Shown here in pieces: positions 1-7,712 of a DNA stretch of 64,000 bases. This DNA comes from Myxococcota bacterium (GTDB lineage: Bacteria; Myxococcota_A; Polyangia; Polyangiales; Houyiibacteriaceae), in NCBI GenBank assembly GCA_039177115.1, contig JBCDFZ010000015.1, positions 10,193-74,192 of the forward strand, in the 5' to 3' direction. The first letter of the stretch is position 1. Every line of letters begins with the position of its first letter. The position numbers and the translations under genes are program-made. The notes under the pieces are model-generated. The model saw nothing but the letters and a program-made list of their open reading frames with translations. It ran no database searches and was not told the DNA's origin.

Positions 1-1014
1 CACGGCGGCGCGAGTACCGCGGGCGACCCGCCCAACGCGGAGGCCCATCTCGCGGCGACGACCGAGGACTCTCCCTACCGTTTTCGTGAGGTCGCGGCCA
101 AACGACGCGGGAAAGCCGCCACGAAGCCTGCCGTCATCGGTGGTGGGCTCATTGGGATCGAGGCGGTCGAAGTGGCCGTGGCCGCCGGCCTCCAGCCTCA
201 TTTCTTCATCCGTGAGGAGTGGTTCTGGCCCATCGCGCTCGAGCCTCGCGAAGCCAAGTGGATCTCCGATCGCATGAGCGAGCACGGCGTGCGGGTTCAC
301 CTCGAACACGAGGTCGAGTCCCTCGACGCTGGCCCCGATGGTGCCATTCAACAGGTGACCACCGATCACGGGAGCTTCGACACCGACTGCGTCGTGATCT
401 CGATCGGCGTGATCCCCAACACGGATTGGCTTTCGGGTTCCGCCATCGACATCGACCCGCGTGGCGGCATCCTGGTCGACCCGCGGCTCCGAACGAGTGC
501 CCCCGACGTCTTTTCGGCGGGAGACTGTGCGTCGGTGACCTGGTTTGATGGCAGCCAACGTCCAGAGCAGCTCTGGTACACCGCCCGGGACCAAGGCCGG
601 ATCGCGGGGCAGGGCTTGCTCGGCGACACCGCCGAGTACGGTCGGGGGATCTGGTACAACTCGGCTAAGCTCATGGACATCGAGTACACCACAGTGGGCC
701 TGGTCAACTGGAACGTCGAGCGTGAGCAGAACTGGTTCTTCGAGGAGCGAGGTTCGGTGCGAAGCACCACGCGCATCGTGGTGCAGGACGGTCGCGTGGT
801 TGGCTTCAACCTGCTTGGGCGACGGTGGGATCACACCATCCTCATCCGATGGCTCGAAGAGCGTCGGTCTCTCGAGTGGGTGCTCGACCACATGCACGAG
901 GCGGCGTTCGATACCGAGTTCGTTCCTGCGCTCAAGCTTCCGCGCGCACCGCTCTCGCTCGAAGGCGCCGCGCCCAACCCCGCCATTCCCGGACCGACCG
1001 CGGTCCCGTTTTAG
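1..1014 (+). CDS. FAD/NAD(P)-dependent pyridine nucleotide-disulfide oxidoreductase family protein (5' end outside window)
   Basis: Frame 1 is open from nt 1. The translation carries a Rossmann motif (KPAVIGGGLIGIEAVE) and the family-typical FSAGDCA motif. Track ORF 172..1014 is its in-frame tail. Confidence 0.75.
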   Translation, partial: HGGASTAGDPPNAEAHLAATTEDSPYRFREVAAKRRGKAATKPAVIGGGLIGIEAVEVAVAAGLQPHFFIREEWFWPIALEPREAKWISDRMSEHGVRVHLEHEVESLDAGPDGAIQQVTTDHGSFDTDCVVISIGVIPNTDWLSGSAIDIDPRGGILVDPRLRTSAPDVFSAGDCASVTWFDGSQRPEQLWYTARDQGRIAGQGLLGDTAEYGRGIWYNSAKLMDIEYTTVGLVNWNVEREQNWFFEERGSVRSTTRIVVQDGRVVGFNLLGRRWDHTILIRWLEERRSLEWVLDHMHEAAFDTEFVPALKLPRAPLSLEGAAPNPAIPGPTAVPF

Positions 1015-1025
1015 AGAGGAGACAG

Positions 1026-2156
1026 ATGGATCAACAGGGACAGAACGGACTCTTGTCGACCTACCGGGAGGGTTGGCGAAACCGAAGTCCGCTCGGCATC
1101 GCGATCTCGCTGTCGCTCATCGTGTTTTACATCGTGCTCTACTGGGAGCACAAAGTGCAGGCGATGTTCGGGATGGCGCCGCTCACCGCCATCTCCGAGT
1201 CACTCGGCCTGCGAAACCGATGGTACCTCTATGGCTTCCTGTACTCGGTCGCGATCACCGGCGGCGCCATCTATTACCTGAGGCGTCACGGCAACAGCCG
1301 CTACAACCGCATGCGAATCAGCGTCAACGTGATCATTCAACTCGCGCTGGGGTTCTCGCTGCCGTTCATCATGCCGCTCTTCGGGGGCAAGGAGATGTAC
1401 TTCTCGTATTTCTGGCCGCTGAAGTACGACTACCTCTATCCCCAGACCCTCGCTGACCTTCCGCTCTACTTCGCGCTCTATACGATCGTAGGGTCGCTGA
1501 TCGCAGCTCCGATTCTCGCCGTGGTGTACGGCAAGCGTTGGTACTGCTCTTGGATCTGTGGCTGTGGCGGGCTCGCCAACACGTTCGGCGACCCGTGGCG
1601 CCATCTCACGAGCAAGTCGACCAAGTCGTGGAAGTTCGAGCAGTGGAGCATTCACATCGTGCTGTTCGTGGCCGTGGCGACTACGTTCCTCATCGGGCTC
1701 GACTGGCTCATCGGCGCGGAGCACCCAACGTTCCATCGTTTCGTCGCCGGGAACGATTGGCGCGACTGGTCGGTGAAGAGCTTCTACGGATTCGCGGTGG
1801 GCGCGATTCTCGCGGGGGTGATCGGCACCGGTCTCTATCCGATCCTCGGGCCTCGCGCGTGGTGCCGAAACTTCTGCCCGATGGCTGCGATCCTCGGCTG
1901 GGTGCAGAAGGTTGGCCGGTACCGCATCCGGGTGAAGCCCGACATGTGTATCTCCTGCGGCAACTGCAGCTCGTACTGCGAGATGGGGATCGACGTTCGT
2001 TCCTATGCGCAGAGCAATGAGAGCTTCACGCGGGCGTCCTGCGTGGGCTGCGGGATGTGCGCCCACATGTGTCCTCGGGGCGTGCTCAAGCTGGAAAACG
2101 ACTGGAAGGTCGCCGGGGACAAAGACCGACAGAACCTGTCGGTGGTGAACTTCTAG
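1026..2156 (+). CDS. polytopic membrane 4Fe-4S ferredoxin-type protein (NapH/MauN/YccM-like)
   Basis: ATG 1026 is preceded by AGAGAGGAG and lies inside track ORF 825..2156. The protein has hydrophobic helices, a CSWICGCGG motif and two ferredoxin motifs ([23 protein letters not shown]). It starts 12 nt after the upstream oxidoreductase stop. Confidence 0.75.
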   Translation: MDQQGQNGLLSTYREGWRNRSPLGIAISLSLIVFYIVLYWEHKVQAMFGMAPLTAISESLGLRNRWYLYGFLYSVAITGGAIYYLRRHGNSRYNRMRISVNVIIQLALGFSLPFIMPLFGGKEMYFSYFWPLKYDYLYPQTLADLPLYFALYTIVGSLIAAPILAVVYGKRWYCSWICGCGGLANTFGDPWRHLTSKSTKSWKFEQWSIHIVLFVAVATTFLIGLDWLIGAEHPTFHRFVAGNDWRDWSVKSFYGFAVGAILAGVIGTGLYPILGPRAWCRNFCPMAAILGWVQKVGRYRIRVKPDMCISCGNCSSYCEMGIDVRSYAQSNESFTRASCVGCGMCAHMCPRGVLKLENDWKVAGDKDRQNLSVVNF

Positions 2157-2668
2157 GCGGAGAACGCGCGGTCCCAGGCGGCGAACACCGGTTCGGAAAA
2201 CAAGACGTATCGGATCAGTTCGAGCGGCCACGGGGATTCTCGGGTGACGGTGGCGGCGATGCGGGCGGCCTCATCGAACGGGTATCCGTACACCCCGCAG
2301 GAGATTGCCGGGAACGCGATCGTGCTCAGGCCGTGCGTTACCGCAAGCTCGAGAGAGCTGCGGAACGCCGAGGCCAAGAGCGCGGCGTCATCGGCGTTCT
2401 CGCCATAAATCGGGCCGACGGTGTGAATGACGTGAGCCGCCGGTAGATTGAAGCCCGCGGTGATGCGCGCCTCTCCGGTCGGGCATCGAACGCCCGGCGC
2501 GACCTCTGGGACACCGCGGCAGGCTTCGAGTAGGGCCGGGCCCGCCGCGCGGTGGATCGCACCGTCCACCCCGCCGCCGCCCAACATCGCGCGGTTGGCC
2601 GCGTTGACGATGGCGTCCACCGGTTCGCGGGTGAGGTCGCCTCGGCGGATGTCGACCAGCGCAGCCAC
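2153..2668 (-). CDS. macro-domain protein (ADP-ribose binding / O-acetyl-ADP-ribose deacetylase-like)
   Basis: 171-aa [23 protein letters not shown]...[15 protein letters not shown] matches the macro-domain signature. Confidence 0.85.
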   Translation of the reverse strand: MAALVDIRRGDLTREPVDAIVNAANRAMLGGGGVDGAIHRAAGPALLEACRGVPEVAPGVRCPTGEARITAGFNLPAAHVIHTVGPIYGENADDAALLASAFRSSLELAVTHGLSTIAFPAISCGVYGYPFDEAARIAATVTRESPWPLELIRYVLFSEPVFAAWDRAFSA

Positions 2669-2672
2669 TCTG

Positions 2673-3077
2673 TCAGAAGTCCGTCGGCGCCGGGCGGTTC
2701 ATCAGCATTTCGTAGGCTTTCGGCCCCAAAGCGCGGATCATCAGCCGGTCGAGGCGAAGCTCGAGCTCGTACTGCTCGGCCGCCGAGTCGTGGAGGAACG
2801 CGATCCCCATGCCTGCGGGGCGGTCGTCTCGGGCTTCGTCCTGGCGGACGGTCCATCGAACGACGCCCTTCATCGAGAGCTCTCCGAGCTCGGGCGCGCG
2901 AATTCGGAAAGAAAGCTCGGTTCCGACCTCGAGCGGCCGATCCGTCCGAATGAAGGTGCCGCCCTGGCTGATGTTGTGGGTGTAGTCGGACAGGAAAGCG
3001 TTGAGCTTGTCGTACTCGATGGGAAGCTCGACGTTGGCGCGCCCCTGCCGGCGTCGTTCTCGCTTTTCTTCGGTCAT
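2673..3077 (-). CDS. PilZ domain protein (myxobacterial TIGR02266-like)
   Basis: 134-aa [17 protein letters not shown]...[12 protein letters not shown]...GVVRWTV...GMGIAF follows the PilZ pattern RxxxR ... (D/N)xSxxG. Confidence 0.8.
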   Translation of the reverse strand: MTEEKRERRRQGRANVELPIEYDKLNAFLSDYTHNISQGGTFIRTDRPLEVGTELSFRIRAPELGELSMKGVVRWTVRQDEARDDRPAGMGIAFLHDSAAEQYELELRLDRLMIRALGPKAYEMLMNRPAPTDF

Positions 3078-3130
3078 CCCCCAGAGCGGAGGGTAGAGGC
3101 CGGAGCCGCGGGCGGCAACACTCGGCTGCC

Positions 3131-3159
3131 TTGACTCAAAATCTCGGACTGCCTAATCT
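3131..3159 (+). promoter_or_regulatory. candidate sigma70-type promoter for the S1-domain gene
   Basis: TTGACT (3131-3136), 17 nt spacer, TAATCT (3154-3159), ~70 nt upstream of ATG 3228. Sequence match only, and the -10 element is weak. Confidence 0.3.
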
Positions 3160-3227
3160 ACGAGACTCGTTTAACCCCGGACGTTCCGCCTCGGCGTCGA
3201 GCGTCTTTCGCGCGCGAGGCACTGCGC

Positions 3228-5615
3228 ATGACTGAAACCGATTCCAAAACAAGTGAGACCTCATCGGAGGAGGCCGCGCCTGTGGAATCGCAAGGCGAAG
3301 CTCCGTCCACCCCTAGCCACGCTTCAGATCCGGCGCCCAGCGACGCGACCGCGGCCGATACAGCTCCGTCGAACGAGCCGGCTGTGCCTGCAACGGACTC
3401 GGCCGACGGCGGGCCGGCGGCCGCTGCAAGCGACTCTTCTGCTGACTCGACGCCCGGGGGCGAGGAGGCTGCGCTGACCGAGAGCTCCGCCGGACAGGTT
3501 GCTGCGGATGGGACCAAGAAGAAGCGTCGCCGTCGTCGAAAGAAAAAGGGGAGCCAGGCCGGTGCGAGCGAAGCGCCGGAGGGGAAGGGCGGACATCACA
3601 ATGCGCCGTTTCTTCGTTTCTTCTCGGGGGGCGCGGGTCGCAAGCATGCGTTCTCCGTGGGCGAGGTGATCGCGGGGCGCGTGGAGCGCGTTTCGGAGGG
3701 AGCGATCGTCGTGGACCTGTTCGGGAAGGCGAGCGCCATCGCCGACGCGGACGAGCCGCGCGAAGTTCCGATCATCCTCCAAGAGGAACGGCACTCGGCA
3801 GTGCCCGAGCCGCCTGCAGAAGAAGCCCCGGCCGAGGCCGCACCCCCGAGCCCGAGCGCACCGGCTGAAAGCGCGCCGGCCGAGAGCGTCGCGTCGGAGT
3901 CTCCCGACCCGACGCCGACGCCGTCGGTCGAGTCGGCGCCGGCCCAGCCCTCGGACGCGGACCAGTGGGAGTTCGCCGCCACGCAGACCTCGGACCTTCC
4001 ATATCCGGACCTCGGGGAGGCCGACACCGTCGTCGGCGCGCAGGCGTACGATTTCGAAGCCGACACGGCCGTGGGCGCCCAGCCCTACGACCCGACCGTT
4101 CCGCCGGCGTCGCCCGCGGCACCGTCTCCCGCGCCGGTCCCCGCGGAGCCCTCGGACGCGCCCGCGCCCGACATGACGCAAGCGACGCAGACCATCATCA
4201 GCGAGCCGCCCGCCGAGCAAACCCTGTCGGACGCGCCAGCGCCTACCGACGACGCTCAGACCACACCCCCGCCGCCCGAGGACCTCTCTGACGCGGATCT
4301 CACGCTGCTCGAGCCGCTTCCCGAGGTGGCTGCGCCGGACGTCGGTTCGATCTTCCGAGGCCGAATCGGCGGGGTGGCCGAGAGCGGGCACGTGGTCATC
4401 GTCAACCGCGAGGTCGACAAGCCCGCCGTCCGCAAGGCGATCCGCGCAGCGCGTGAGAATCACCAGCGTGTCCAAGGCGTGGTCTACGGCTTCAATCGAG
4501 GCGGGTTCGACGTCCTCGTCTCCGGCGTCCGTGCGTTCTGCCCGGCCAGCGCGATGTCGCTCACACCCATCGAGGACCCCAACGCGTTCGTCGGAAAGCG
4601 CTGGGAGTTCTCGTTGCCGCAGGACAAGGGCGGCAAGCGCAGCATCATCGTCAGTCGGCGTAGCATTCTCGAGAAGGAGGCGCGGAAGCGCGCTCGTGAA
4701 CGCATGGCTGAGCTCGAGGTGGGCGAGAAGCTCCGTGGCAAGGTCGTCGAGGTGCGCGACTACGGCGTACTGGTCGACCTCGGAGGTGGGCTCGACGGAC
4801 TCGTTCACATGAGTGAGGTGTCGTGGAGTCGCGGGGTGCGACCGAGTGAGGCCGCAAAAGTCGGCGACGAGGTCGACGTTCAGGTCGTGAAGGTGCAGCC
4901 CGCGACGCGAAAAGACCGCTTCGGTCGCGTGTCGCTGTCCATGCGTGCCTGCCAGCCCGACCCGTGGGACCTGGCGCAAGAAACGCTGCGCGTTGGCACA
5001 CCGGCGAAAGGCAAGGTGATTCGAACCACGGAGTTCGGCGCGTTCGTTCAGGTCGCTGAGAACGTCGAGGGTCTCCTGCACATCTCCGAGCTTGGAGGAA
5101 ACAAGGAGCTCACTCACGCGAAGCAGGCCCTCGAGGAGGGGGCCGAGATCGACGTGGTGATCGAGCGCATCGACCGCGAGCAGCGCCGCATTTCGCTGTC
5201 GAAGCTCTCGGAGGCAGACGCCAAGGCAATCGAGGCCGGCGAGATCGAAGTTGGAAAAGCGCCTCGATCGCTCAAGCCCGGGTCGCACATCGCCGTGATG
5301 GTCAAGCGCGTCGAGCACAGTGGCGCCCAGGTTCAGGTCGACGGTGTCATCGGGAAGCGGGGGCGAGGTTTCATTCCCAATCGCGAGCTTCAGGACGTAC
5401 GCGGTGAGCGCCGCAAAGGACCGTCGCAGGGCGACGTCATCGAGGTCAAAGTGATCGGCACGGAGCGAGACGGGACCCTCCGCTGTTCCGTGCGCGCGCG
5501 TCTCCTCGATGAAGAACGCAAGGCCGTCCGCGACTACCGCAAGGAGTCGGCCAAGCAAGGCCTTGGGACCTTTGGGGACCTTCTCAAGGCCAAGCTCGGA
5601 GATCCCGAGAAATAG
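3228..5615 (+). CDS. S1 RNA-binding domain protein (ribosomal protein S1-like) with long disordered N-terminal regions
   Basis: 795-aa ORF with about six S1-like repeats (e.g. VGEKLRGKVVEVRDYGVLVDLGGGLDGLVHMSEVS; VGTPAKGKVIRTTEFGAFVQVAENVEGLLHISEL). The N-terminal ~380 aa are Pro/Ala/Ser/Asp/Glu-rich and include a KKKRRRRRKKK patch. Confidence 0.8.
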   Translation: MTETDSKTSETSSEEAAPVESQGEAPSTPSHASDPAPSDATAADTAPSNEPAVPATDSADGGPAAAASDSSADSTPGGEEAALTESSAGQVAADGTKKKRRRRRKKKGSQAGASEAPEGKGGHHNAPFLRFFSGGAGRKHAFSVGEVIAGRVERVSEGAIVVDLFGKASAIADADEPREVPIILQEERHSAVPEPPAEEAPAEAAPPSPSAPAESAPAESVASESPDPTPTPSVESAPAQPSDADQWEFAATQTSDLPYPDLGEADTVVGAQAYDFEADTAVGAQPYDPTVPPASPAAPSPAPVPAEPSDAPAPDMTQATQTIISEPPAEQTLSDAPAPTDDAQTTPPPPEDLSDADLTLLEPLPEVAAPDVGSIFRGRIGGVAESGHVVIVNREVDKPAVRKAIRAARENHQRVQGVVYGFNRGGFDVLVSGVRAFCPASAMSLTPIEDPNAFVGKRWEFSLPQDKGGKRSIIVSRRSILEKEARKRARERMAELEVGEKLRGKVVEVRDYGVLVDLGGGLDGLVHMSEVSWSRGVRPSEAAKVGDEVDVQVVKVQPATRKDRFGRVSLSMRACQPDPWDLAQETLRVGTPAKGKVIRTTEFGAFVQVAENVEGLLHISELGGNKELTHAKQALEEGAEIDVVIERIDREQRRISLSKLSEADAKAIEAGEIEVGKAPRSLKPGSHIAVMVKRVEHSGAQVQVDGVIGKRGRGFIPNRELQDVRGERRKGPSQGDVIEVKVIGTERDGTLRCSVRARLLDEERKAVRDYRKESAKQGLGTFGDLLKAKLGDPEK

Positions 5616-5690
5616 GCGTGCCTCGAGACAGAGTTTCGCCGCAGAGGCTTGCGGGGGGTCGAGGCGTATGCCAGCTTCCCGCCCCTCATC

Positions 5691-5765
5691 GGGCGCATAA
5701 CTCAGGGGTAGAGTGGTTTCTTCACACGGAACAAGTCGTTGGTTCAAATCCAACTGCGCCCACCA
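5691..5765 (+). tRNA. tRNA-Val (anticodon CAC), CCA encoded
   Basis: Manual cloverleaf. Acceptor GGGCGCA/TGCGCCC, D stem ACTC/GAGT, anticodon stem GTTTC/GGAAC, loop TTCACAC, T arm GTTGG-TTCAAAT-CCAAC, discriminator A followed by CCA. Confidence 0.9.
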
Positions 5766-5798
5766 AAGCTCTCTTCTGGAAACGCCATGTGCGTGAAC

Positions 5799-5822
5799 GG
5801 GGCGACCGTCGCGGGTCGCCCC
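5799..5822 (+). terminator. GC-rich hairpin downstream of tRNA-Val (no T-tract)
   Basis: GGGGCGACC-gtcgcg-GGTCGCCCC is a perfect 9-bp stem. It lies between the tRNA and the meaB start. Confidence 0.3.
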
Positions 5823-5834
5823 GGGGAGTGACCA

Positions 5835-6866
5835 TTGGCTGACCTCGCGACGCTCGTCGACGGAATCCGAAACGCGGAGACTCGCGCTCTCGCGAGAGCG
5901 TGCCGCCTCATCGACGAACGGGACCCACGCGCGTTCAAGCTGCTGAAGGCGCTCTTCGCGCACGACGCGAGTGGATACGTGGTCGGCATCACCGGGACTC
6001 CAGGCTCGGGGAAGAGCACCCTCGTCGACGGACTAATCGCACACTACCGGGCCGCAGACCTTCGGGTGGCGGTTCTCGCGATCGACCCGACGAGCCCCTA
6101 CTCGGGCGGAGCCATTCTCGGCGACCGGATCCGCATGCAGCAACACTTCACCGACGAGGGCGTGTTCATTCGGTCCATTGCGACGCGAGGCCACCTGGGC
6201 GGGCTCTCCCGCTCCACGGGGGACGTGCTTCACGTGCTGAAGGCCGCGAAGTTCGACGTCGTGATCCTGGAAACCGTCGGCGTCGGGCAGGACGAGCTCG
6301 AGGTCACGCGCTTGGCCGACACGACGCTCGTGGTGATGGCCCCCGGGCTCGGAGACGACATCCAGGCCATCAAGGCCGGAATTCTCGAAGTTGCCGACGT
6401 TTTCGCCGTCAATAAGGCCGATCGCGTTGGGGCCGATGCCACGGTTCAGGACCTGCAGCAGATGATGTCGCTCCGCGGCGTTCCCGGCGGGGTCAGCAAG
6501 ATGCAGGGGCATACCGCCGTGTCGACCCTTCGCCGCGGTCCCGCCTTAGAAGCCGGCCAGTGGCTTCCGCCCATCTTGAAAACCGTCGCGCATCGCAGAG
6601 AGGGGCTGAAGGAGCTGGTCGGCGCCTTCGAGGAGCACCGTCGGTTCCTGACGGACACCGAAGCCGGGCTCGCGCGTCGCGAGGCCAGGCGCGCCGAGGA
6701 GTTTCGCGCAATCGTGTACCAGGCTCTCATCGACGAGGCCGACCGTCGCTTCGCCGACGACGTGGAGCGCGGGGTCGGTGACGTCGTCGAAGGGAAAGAC
6801 GACCCCTACTCGGTGGCCGCCGCGCTGGTCCGCCGTGCGTTGGGCGATCCTGACGACGCAGCGTAG
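5835..6866 (+). CDS. meaB: methylmalonyl-CoA mutase-associated GTPase MeaB (ArgK family)
   Basis: 343-aa ORF with a TTG start 6 nt after GGGGAG. It has a P-loop (GITGTPGSGKSTL), DPTSPYSGGAILGDRIRM and NKAD motifs typical of MeaB/ArgK. Confidence 0.9.
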   Translation: MADLATLVDGIRNAETRALARACRLIDERDPRAFKLLKALFAHDASGYVVGITGTPGSGKSTLVDGLIAHYRAADLRVAVLAIDPTSPYSGGAILGDRIRMQQHFTDEGVFIRSIATRGHLGGLSRSTGDVLHVLKAAKFDVVILETVGVGQDELEVTRLADTTLVVMAPGLGDDIQAIKAGILEVADVFAVNKADRVGADATVQDLQQMMSLRGVPGGVSKMQGHTAVSTLRRGPALEAGQWLPPILKTVAHRREGLKELVGAFEEHRRFLTDTEAGLARREARRAEEFRAIVYQALIDEADRRFADDVERGVGDVVEGKDDPYSVAAALVRRALGDPDDAA

Positions 6867-6900
6867 GCAGCCAGGCAGGCTTGGGCTAGAGTGCGCGCCC

Positions 6901-7677
6901 ATGACCACGTTCGTCGAAGTCGCGCGCGATGGATTTGTCGCGCTTCTCACCATCAACCGACCGGACAAGCTCAATGCGCTCAGCCAGGAGGTGCTCTCCG
7001 ACCTGCAGAGCGCCGTCGCGTCGATCCGCGCTGAGGACTCGATTCGCGCAGCGATCATCACCGGGACCGGCAAGGCTTTCGTGGCGGGCGCTGACATCGC
7101 CGCCATGCAGAACATGACCGAGGAACAGGGGCGGGCGTTCGGTGCGCTCGGTCACGCCGTGTTCGATGCGGTGCAGGGCCTCCGTTTTCCGGTCATTGCG
7201 GCGGTCAACGGGTTCGCGCTCGGCGGCGGCTGCGAGCTCGCGCTTGCGTGTGACTTCGTTTACGCGTCGAGCAAGGCGAGGTTCGGCCAGCCCGAGGTAG
7301 GTCTCGGCATCATCCCCGGGTTTGGCGGGACGCAAAGACTCACACGTCGAGTCGGTTCCGCCATGGCCAAAGAGCTTGTCTTCACGGGGAGGATGATCGG
7401 CGCCGACGAAGCGCTTCGGATTGGGCTCGCCAACGCGGTGGTCGCACCGGAGGAACTGCTGCCGGCGGTCCAGAAGGTGGCATCCGAGATCTCCGAGAAG
7501 GGGCCCATCGCGGTGTCGACGGCGAAGCGCCTAATCGACGAGGGCATTCACCTGCCGCTCTCCGAGGCAAACGCTCTCGAACGTGACGCGTTCGGCGCGT
7601 GCTTCGGTACCGAGGACCAAAGCGAGGGGATGGCCGCGTTTCTCGAGAAGCGCGGGGCGAACTTCAGCGGGCGCTAG
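6901..7677 (+). CDS. enoyl-CoA hydratase/isomerase (crotonase) family protein
   Basis: ATG 6901 lies inside track ORF 6778..7677. LTINRPDKLNAL, GKAFVAGADI and AAVNGFALGGGCELALACDF are crotonase-fold signatures. Confidence 0.9.
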   Translation: MTTFVEVARDGFVALLTINRPDKLNALSQEVLSDLQSAVASIRAEDSIRAAIITGTGKAFVAGADIAAMQNMTEEQGRAFGALGHAVFDAVQGLRFPVIAAVNGFALGGGCELALACDFVYASSKARFGQPEVGLGIIPGFGGTQRLTRRVGSAMAKELVFTGRMIGADEALRIGLANAVVAPEELLPAVQKVASEISEKGPIAVSTAKRLIDEGIHLPLSEANALERDAFGACFGTEDQSEGMAAFLEKRGANFSGR

Positions 7678-7712
7678 ACCGCGCTCACTTGGAAGTGATT
7701 GAGCGCGGTCTA
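7675..7712. terminator. perfect 13-bp inverted repeat between convergent genes (candidate bidirectional terminator)
   Basis: TAGACCGCGCTCA (7675-7687), a 12-nt loop, then TGAGCGCGGTCTA (7700-7712). The arms contain the stop codons of both flanking genes. Confidence 0.5.

Noticed and set aside
5691-5765. tRNA-Val considered as an integration hotspot
   Set aside because: There is no integrase, no duplicated tRNA 3' half, and no compositional break next to it. The flanking genes (S1 protein, meaB) look core.
3324-5963. 879-aa minus-strand ORF spanning the S1-protein gene and tRNA-Val
   Set aside because: It is antisense to a gene with clear S1 repeats and runs through a tRNA. The translation is Arg/Gly/Leu-rich with no motifs. 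This is a typical shadow ORF of GC-rich DNA.
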